Assembly (NCBI GenBank): GCA_963713605.1
Contig: CAVQMO010000010.1
Span: 480,001 to 544,000, forward strand
Direction of reading: 5' to 3'
Source of the DNA: an uncultured Nitrososphaerales archaeon
GTDB lineage: Archaea > Thermoproteota > Nitrososphaeria > Nitrososphaerales > Nitrososphaeraceae
DNA: 64,000 bases
The notes under the pieces were generated by a model. It saw nothing but the letters and a program-made list of their open reading frames with translations. It did not search any database and had not been told where the DNA came from. A program made the translations under genes and the position numbers. This document shows, in pieces, positions 56,796-64,000 of this stretch (its first letter is position 1; every line of letters starts with the position of its first letter).

Positions 56796-57180
56796 TTATT
56801 TTTCTTCAATCGTTTCGCTGTAGGCATCACAAGTTAATACCATCTTGCATTTGACACAGAATTTCTGATTTGTATCCGACCCTAATTGACAAAACATCAG
56901 CAAGACAATGGCAATGCGAATGAAAAGGCAGACTCCTTTCCCATCGGGGTTATTTTCAGCCCAAATTTTACCTCCGTGAGCTTCAATAATGCTTTTTGAT
57001 ATAAATAGACCAAGCCCGGTTCCTATAAAGGACTTGGAAGCAAACTTTGAGATCATCTCTCTATGTCTCTTCTGAATGTTGACAGGTATTATCTGCATGT
57101 CTCCCGTCCGCATCAGCCAGAGCTGCCCCTCTGTGTAGTAGTGATAGTTCTCGAATTCACCATTCCTTCTTTTCAGTCGG
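56796..57180 (-). pseudogene. Three-part chimera: terminase-like fragment, HATPase_c fragment, integrase-type C-terminal Zn ribbon
   Basis: LKRRNGEFENYHYYTEGQLWLMRTGDMQIIPVN | SKFASKSFIGTGLGLFISKSIIEAHGGKIWAENN.DGKG | QKFCVKCKMVLT.DAYSET. Confidence 0.75.
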
Positions 57181-57405
57181 TCAGAACAGGAGATGCAAAT
57201 AAGAGAGATCATTAAAGAAAATATGGATCATATCAAATCATTTCAGGAGATTAAGTCACAGGATTTATCGAGAGACGAAATTGATGAAGTGGTTAATTTG
57301 GTAAAAAAAGAAATATCGGGGTGCGAAAACTCTGAAAGATGATAGGACATAATTATTTAACTCTAAATCACCAACCTAAGGGAGTCATAAATCTTTTATC
57401 CTAGA

Positions 57406-57924
57406 GTGGTTACCCTTGAGTATAAACAACGCGAGAAGAATGTGAACAATGATAGAAACGATAATTCAGAGCTAAAGAAGGGGGCTGTACATGATGGAAA
57501 GTTAAAGCCAGCTCACATAAAATCTACATCATCACCATTAACTTCTCAGCCCCAACAGCAGAAGAGGATTCTAGTGATTGACGATAACCCGGATATTGTG
57601 TTTACCTTACGTGTTGGACTAGAAAGTGATCCAACTATGCAGGTTTTTGGTTATGATAATCCAGTTACTGCTCTAGTAGAATTTAAACCTAATTTTTACG
57701 ATTTATTACTAATTGATGTAAACATGCCTTTGATGGACGGATTTCAATTAGTCCAGAATTTAGTACGTCGGGACCTCAATATCAGGGTTTGCTTTATGAC
57801 CTCCGGTGAAATAAATATGAATGCAGCAAGAGAAGTGCATCCACTCAAGAGTATTGGATGTTTTATCAAGAAGCCAATCACTGCAAAAGAGCTGTTAAAG
57901 CGCATTAGAGCAGAGTTTGAATAG
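57406..57924 (+). CDS. Receiver-only response regulator
   Basis: ILVIDD, LLLIDVNMP.MDG, FMTS, FIKKP. Confidence 0.93.
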   Translation: MVTLEYKQREKNVNNDRNDNSELKKGAVHDGKLKPAHIKSTSSPLTSQPQQQKRILVIDDNPDIVFTLRVGLESDPTMQVFGYDNPVTALVEFKPNFYDLLLIDVNMPLMDGFQLVQNLVRRDLNIRVCFMTSGEINMNAAREVHPLKSIGCFIKKPITAKELLKRIRAEFE

Positions 57925-59207
57925 AATCAGAATTAGAGAAACAATTATTCCACCTAGAGCATAATCTTTCGAGTACACGCCATCGGTGATGTTGGTGTCT
58001 CTCCGCACTTACTCTGCGGGTTTTCTGTACACTTGGCTGGCCAACGACCTATTAAGTCGATGTATAAAGACCTGGACGACCTATTAAGTGGGGTGGTTGA
58101 GGATTAGATGACAACTATGAAAAGCACACAGATCCCATAGGTGACTAGGTTACCTTGCCGGACAAATTAAAAATATTGGATAAATAGGAAAAGATCTTTT
58201 CTTTATAGAGGACTAAACTATCAGATAAGGTGTTTCATGTAAAGACTTTCTTAAGATCTGACGTTGCCATATGAAATAACCTATTTCGCAATTATATTGT
58301 CTTTCACGTCCATTGCGAAAGCTGGTTCTGGACCAGGGTGAATTAAGAAAATATCTAGACGTTGTAATAAAGGAAGTAAAAAAAGGAGAAAGATCTTCAT
58401 CACCTAGCTAGTAGTACAAAAGGGGTTAAACTGATACCCTAAAGTTATCCGCGGTAGCTCAAATGATTAAACTAGTATTATTCGTTTGTGTAGTCAGTAT
58501 TATACATCGTCGATCTAGAAATCAGTGGGCTTCGCACATATCAAAATCACTGAAAATAGTGGTTCCTTAATAAGTTGAGTATTTTAGAACTAAATGTGAA
58601 TCAGTGCGACATCGAGACGGCGGTACAAGGTGTGTTTTTCTAAAGTCTTAATGTTAATATAGGTTAGTTCTCAGTGCTTTCCTCTTCTTATTACTGTCGC
58701 TTCCGAAGAATCATACTGGCATTGAATAATGCATGAATAAATATCCACCTTTATGGAAACTACGGGTTAAAAACTGCTAGTATCAAGATTGTACTTTGGA
58801 AGTTCATAGTTCATAAGTACAAGCCTCAACGAATCTAATAGATTGTCATGCGAGGTCAGTTGCTTATCGAGTTTCCACTCATCTGAATCAAACAAAGCGC
58901 GAGTATGCAAATATCAAGCAGGATTTGACTCAGGAGTTTTTGAAATTCATAAAGATAAGTGAAGAATGTGAGATTTTTGACTTAAATTTTGGGTTCAGAG
59001 TGTTAACAGCCGATTATCATTATATCTTTTATCTACAATTCACGTACGTGTGAAGATCAAAGTATCTACTGTTCCCTTTAATGTTCACAAATCATTTTAT
59101 GATGTCTCTAGAGGCATAATAAACTCCTATCCTTGGAATGTAGTGCAATATCGCAAGCGACATCATTCGTGAAAATTTGGAACTTCCTTACTAGTAATAT
59201 CCTTACT

Positions 59208-59432
59208 CTACTTCCATAAGTCTAAATAAGCGGCTATTGACTCCGCCAATCTTCTATGAAACCACGCCATATCGGAATCGCCTAGGCTTGCAAATCGCTT
59301 ACTTAAAGCCACTTCATTCTTAAAAATCTCAACTAAACGAGCCTTTTCTCTGGCTTTATCCCTATCTAAATACTTGTCTGTCACCTTTAAAAGTTCGTCT
59401 AACTCTGATTGCCTTTCTTCTGGACTTGACAT
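59208..59432 (-). CDS. Small helical protein, paralogous to the C-terminus of 59595-59984
   Basis: LVEIF.NEVALS..F...GD..MA..HR.LA.SI. Confidence 0.65.
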   Translation of the reverse strand: MSSPEERQSELDELLKVTDKYLDRDKAREKARLVEIFKNEVALSKRFASLGDSDMAWFHRRLAESIAAYLDLWK

Positions 59433-59594
59433 AAGTTGACTTGATGCTTCTAAGTTTTAAGGGTTAGTTAGTCGTATATTAAATCACATTGGGATATATG
59501 GAATTAATGGCAAGAACCCAGAACATAGAAATCATAGGTAATCTGATTGATAGTTTTGTTCATGCCGAACTCTACTGCAATGATATGATGGCTC

Positions 59595-59984
59595 CTATTT
59601 TATCCATCCGATTATCAATTCAAGATCTCTTAAAGTATTGTGTATTGCATGAGCCATTGCTCTATGCTGTGATGCTACAGTAAGATCATTTTGTCCAACA
59701 AATACCGACGCCAGAGCAATCTCTCTCTCAAAGTCACGCACCAAGATATCTCTTAATCTGTTCCCTGCCGTTCTGAAATCATCATCTAATCCGTGACCTA
59801 GTTTTCTGCTAAGACTGAGCAATATCATTTCTCTCTCACTCGAACTGGATACTTGGTTACGATTCGCTTGGATAACGGGCCAGCAACAACACTCAGATTG
59901 GGAACAGTGTGGACAGGATGTTGGTGACGGGCTCTCGACACACTCTTGAAGACTGCAGCCACAATCGACGCAAGTCATTTTCAT
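59595..59984 (-). CDS. Protein with Cys-rich N-terminus and helical C-terminus
   Basis: CVDCGC...C......CPHC....CCC. Confidence 0.7.
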   Translation of the reverse strand: MKMTCVDCGCSLQECVESPSPTSCPHCSQSECCCWPVIQANRNQVSSSSEREMILLSLSRKLGHGLDDDFRTAGNRLRDILVRDFEREIALASVFVGQNDLTVASQHRAMAHAIHNTLRDLELIIGWIK

Positions 59985-60607
59985 ATAGTTTGATAATACT
60001 GGGCTTCTTATAATATTAATGCCAGAACAACAGAGACATCCTGAGTGTCATCTTTCAAGTTCGCAGTGTTTTTAAGCGAAATCAGCCAGGTACAACTGAA
60101 AAATGGATGTTGAGGAAGCCAAGGCATTGTTGAAGGGGAGAGGCAGTTATGAATAGGCATCATTGCTATATGGTAACAGTATCCAAAAGAGAAGGCAGTC
60201 CGGTACGCCGTATCGATATGGATGGAACGGATGCGATTCTAGCATTAGGCATGATTAGACTGCTTGCAGTTGAGGACACGGTTGGAGACATACTTATCGA
60301 AGTTCATCAAATACCTAATCCCTTCACAGATAAACGATCTTTATAAACAAGGTAAAGTAAAAGTGCAGATTACTGTGACAGTTAAAGACGGAAGGATAGT
60401 AAGACACCTCGCCTAACCGCAAATCACTCACAGAAACTTATGAGCAGATCATCTAGCAGCAAAGCAGAGATTAGGTGTTGGTCAGATTGATGATAAACAT
60501 GCAATGTTCCTAAGGTTAAAGAACACGAATCCCTAAAGTAAGAAGGGTTTTACTAGCCAATACCCGACCAGCAAAGAGATAAGATACCAAGCCAAGTCAA
60601 GGCAGGT

Positions 60608-60632
60608 CTAACTAACTAACTAACTAACTAAC
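60608..60632. repeat. (CTAA)6 microsatellite
   Basis: ctaactaactaactaactaactaac. Confidence 0.9.
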
Positions 60633-60715
60633 CCTTCGATCGTTTGTTCTTTATTCTTTGCTGCAATTCTAGGGTTTACTGTACGTTTGTGCGTTGGATT
60701 TCTTGTTTTGCTAAA

Positions 60716-61517
60716 GTCCTGTTTGAGAAGATAGAAAGAGAGCCAGAGAATACCTGTTTATACAAACGGTTATTTCTAGACTATACATATGGCATAGACA
60801 AGATATACAGTAGGGAAGGTATAGCACTAGCACAGAAATCTCCTTCATTTGAGAGTGAATACAACCTCAAATATCTGGGTAAGGTCGGCAACGTATTTCA
60901 TACTCTGGACATTGAAGCAGCTATAGTAACGGAGCAGCAAGGTCAGGAAATGCTGGACTGGTCGACAAGTACGATGATAGGCATGGGTATTGATGTTGCT
61001 TGGGGAGATACATCAAAGTTTGCTATCGTCATTACTCAACACAGAAACAACAAAGTGGAAGTGTTCTATGCGGAGAGCTTCGACAAACCACAGATGAATC
61101 AGATAATAAATCACAATCTACAACTGAAACAAAGACATCATATAACGAAGTTGTACGTGGATGGTGCGAATCCAGAAGTCATTAGGGAATTGAAGAGGAG
61201 GATAGGTGAGTACGAGAACTACCACTACTATACTCTCTGGCTGATGTGGACTGGCGACATGCAGATCATCCCAGTCAACTTCCAGAAGAGATACAGAGAG
61301 ATGCTGCAATGGACATATACACTGATGTTCAAGAGGTTTATCAAGATACATCCTTCGCTGCAGAAACTCATAGTATCTCTTCACACTGCAGTTGTGATAG
61401 ATGAATGGAAAGCTAGACAAACTACAAACATCACATAATGATATTCTTGATTCTTTCAGACTGGCGCTTTGCAACTATGAGCCTCCAAAAAATCTGTATT
61501 CGTTATTGGTAAGGTAG
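60716..61517 (+). pseudogene. Terminase-large-subunit-like gene: C-terminal nuclease part, ATPase part missing, frameshift near 61410
   Basis: FE.EYNL.YLG..GNVF linker; GID..WG...FAI; YVDGANPE.I; HND.LDSFR (RNase H-like acidic motifs). Confidence 0.75.
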
Positions 61518-61660
61518 AAGTTTTTCAGTACGAGAAAGGTATAGGTTTATCATCAAAAATTGTCAGCAAATTTTTTTCTTACAAGCAAAGCAACAATTGA
61601 TGTTCCAATAAATGTAGCACTCCAATATAACCATAGATTATCCAAAATCCCTCAATATCT

Positions 61661-62212
61661 CTATCTTAGAGATGAGGGTGTAGAAGTCTCTTTATATCTT
61701 ACATAAGGACTCGATTGATGAAAATAAGCTATGTATCCAACTATCAATGATAGAAATACGATAAGGTCGTAGATGAAATATGACGGGCTCAAATATATAT
61801 CACTGTCGAGCTTATCGAGACATGAAATACAGCCAGTCACTACATAGAGATATTGTTCCATTCCTGCAGAATCAGCAACTATGAAATTCCAAGATTGACT
61901 AATTAGCGCAACAACAATAAATGACTTAACCAATCGCATATCCTTAAAAAATGAATTTCTAAACAGAAACCATGTCAAAGTAATTAGCAAACCTAGAATC
62001 ATCACATTGTACAAGTAATGAAATAGTTCTTTAGCAACCTCCGAGTCGTGGTGATCGCGTGTTAATTGAGAACCTACCATAAACTCTTGGATCGTATGTG
62101 CCAAATTTCCCCAGATAGAAAGCCCACTTATAATTAGAGTTATTGATAATATAATGAATCCTTTCATCACTAATTTCTTTTCATCGCATCGTGATTTTAT
62201 GGATAATGTCAT
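61661..62212 (-). CDS. Membrane protein with His cluster and CxxC
   Basis: About four TM helices; RDHHD, GCISC. Confidence 0.7.
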   Translation of the reverse strand: MTLSIKSRCDEKKLVMKGFIILSITLIISGLSIWGNLAHTIQEFMVGSQLTRDHHDSEVAKELFHYLYNVMILGLLITLTWFLFRNSFFKDMRLVKSFIVVALISQSWNFIVADSAGMEQYLYVVTGCISCLDKLDSDIYLSPSYFIYDLIVFLSLIVGYIAYFHQSSPYVRYKETSTPSSLR

Positions 62213-62483
62213 CTAATTCGAATCACCACCTGCACTTCAAACACGGCAAGTCTTGTCGCATCTATGACAGCACATCTGTTTGTTAGAGACGGTGATTTGA
62301 TACTCACGTTTAATTATGACAAGAAGTTACTTAACTCTTCTTGTATTATAAGTTGGTTAGTAATATCGTCGAAGCATTGAACACAGAACCATATGCAAGT
62401 TAGTAATAATGATGCTACAAAGTTCAGGTTCCAATGTTACAATAATTTAATCTATAGGCTGTCTAATTAATCTCATTCTATAT

Positions 62484-62684
62484 TTGATTATTGTGGCATT
62501 AATAGAACTGATTGTAGGTCTAGCATACCTGGTAATTGGATTCATACTGACGTATTTATCTTTGGAAATAACCTGGCATTTCACTGCATGCAGGATCACA
62601 GAGGGTGACGCAAAAATGATAAAACCGTGTCTGTTCAAACAGGCTAAACTATTACTTGCAACAGTACCTAATATGAGTACTTAG
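62484..62684 (+). CDS. Small membrane protein
   Basis: TM helix then LE..WHFTAC. Confidence 0.5.
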   Translation: MIIVALIELIVGLAYLVIGFILTYLSLEITWHFTACRITEGDAKMIKPCLFKQAKLLLATVPNMST

Positions 62685-63092
62685 AGCCAACGACTAGGAT
62701 ATAAATGATCCAAATCTATTATTTTTTACTGAATTATGGCAAGACTTTAAAGTGCTTTAAAAGATTTACGAGGAGGAGATCTGTTCAATGCGACTTGAAC
62801 TCACAAGCACAGTATGAGTGGTCTCCAATTTTAGAAATTATCAATAAGCGCACGGCTTATATATTATAGATATCTTGAAGCTACCCAGTGTTATTATTAT
62901 GGTAACATCTGTCAAAGGATAGATAAGCTACGGGAAGATGAAGAACTGGTTTATGCGGCCACTTTGTTAAGTCCTTGCAAGGTTATTATGCTAATACCCC
63001 CGACAGAAACTAAATGATTTCCTTTAATGTTTGTCACGTTTCAAATAAAAGTTTAGGCCGCATATTTTAAATAGTTAACGCAATAGAACTTC

Positions 63093-63575
63093 TTACAACG
63101 GCAAATCTGGTGATCGGATTTGTTGTGCCCTATGCGTAACTAACCTAAAGATCGCTCTTTTCTTGTTAAGAATAATTGTTAGAGTCGTAAGTATATATGT
63201 TGTCTGCATTACTTCGGTTAACAAAGCTATGGGATTCTTATCTTGCAACTCTATGCCTGTTATTTCATTTGGAATCCTTGTCAATGCTATCAGTGAGGTT
63301 AGTGCAATAGTTCCTATTAGACCTGCATAAAACCAGCGTGTATTCCAGTTTAATGCCATTGGTATCGCCCAGAAGATTTGTGCTATTCCAGATATAAGGA
63401 ATAAGCCATCAGTATATGGAAGTAATTCCATGGGAAAATTGAGAGGCTTCATTGAAGGCCCGATCATTATTAGGTGTAGAATCCCTGCAATCATAGTAGT
63501 TGCTGCTGCTATGTAGAATAGAACATGATTTTCGAACAAAACAGTTTTCACGCCAAACCGTATGACACTTGACAA
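63093..63575 (-). CDS. Four-TM membrane protein
   Basis: AA..T.IAGILHL, F.ISGIAQIFW.IP, WFY.G..GT, TR.PN.ITG. Confidence 0.8.
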   Translation of the reverse strand: MSSVIRFGVKTVLFENHVLFYIAAATTMIAGILHLIMIGPSMKPLNFPMELLPYTDGLFLISGIAQIFWAIPMALNWNTRWFYAGLIGTIALTSLIALTRIPNEITGIELQDKNPIALLTEVMQTTYILTTLTIILNKKRAIFRLVTHRAQQIRSPDLPL

Positions 63576-64000
63576 TTACCACAAACCTCCAACTACGTCA
63601 TTCTTAATTGATTCATAGTCCATACCATATAATGGCTTCAGTTTCTTATGTAGTATCATTATAATCCTTTATCACGTATGTTGATGAATTATGATTAAAC
63701 ATACTACTTGGTAATCAGTAACGAACAATCTTGGCAAATCAAAGATAATATTTAGGAGCGTTAATCCCTGTAGGGTGCCCATTGTAACCAATTTATCGAA
63801 ATAATAGAATTTGTTAGTTGGGTGGCCTTAGGTTTCACCAATGTCCCGGCTTACGATAGTGCAGTCCGTTCAACACATGTTTGTATTGCACTAGAAATAT
63901 AATCCACACCGATACGTTATGGAACGACTCTAGTTCTGCAGGAATTGTGTTCGTGATCATGAACTCACGTATTGTGAGTAATGGTGAGGTACAACCTAAT

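Noticed and set aside
58935..58970. LKFIKIS-EEC as a third, internally deleted HWTE gene
   Set aside because: Too short to distinguish from chance, and no peptide gene follows
60608..60632. (CTAA)6 as a phase-variation switch for the terminase-like gene
   Set aside because: It lies outside any credible reading frame or promoter, and the downstream gene is already truncated
1..64000. CRISPR array or cas genes
   Set aside because: No regularly spaced 24-40 bp repeats and no Cas-like ORFs seen; the recurring motifs at 13.4-14.2 kb belong to duplicated genes

Overview
AT-rich, low-coding-density archaeal DNA. Gene content points to a soil ammonia-oxidising archaeon of the Nitrososphaeraceae: an extra TFB paralogue, thermosome and archaeal Hsp20 fragments, a tRNA with BHB introns, and Nitrososphaera-type histidine kinase, receiver and small Zn-finger families. 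The taxonomy is inferred, not searched. The window is an accessory region. It holds a few ordinary genes (cupin, GH130 glycosidase, NUDIX, aldehyde dehydrogenase, two Lrp/AsnC regulators, moaA plus MOSC, TFB, DsbA, HK/RR) and a tRNA-Ser(CGA) with two introns. It also holds many truncated or chimeric pseudogenes, including integrase pieces, five separate terminase-large-subunit-like remnants and HTH remnants. The most striking unexplained structure is a family of five small secreted Gln/Asn-rich two-cysteine peptides (consensus YEKxQxxSQxNxCGNxxLPxNxxCQNxxSQxQGDxN). Four lie in tandem at 13.5-15.0 kb and one at 30.2 kb. Both loci are preceded by the same small Zn-ribbon-like gene, and four of the five genes carry a palindromic site about 60 bp upstream. 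A separate secreted protein with seven Q/N/C repeats (38.1-38.9 kb) has a similar residue pattern. Together these suggest, by inference only, a chaplin/curli-like extracellular fibre (functional amyloid) system. Many otherwise intact genes carry single-base frameshifts, some of which are probably sequencing or assembly errors. No CRISPR array or rRNA was seen.
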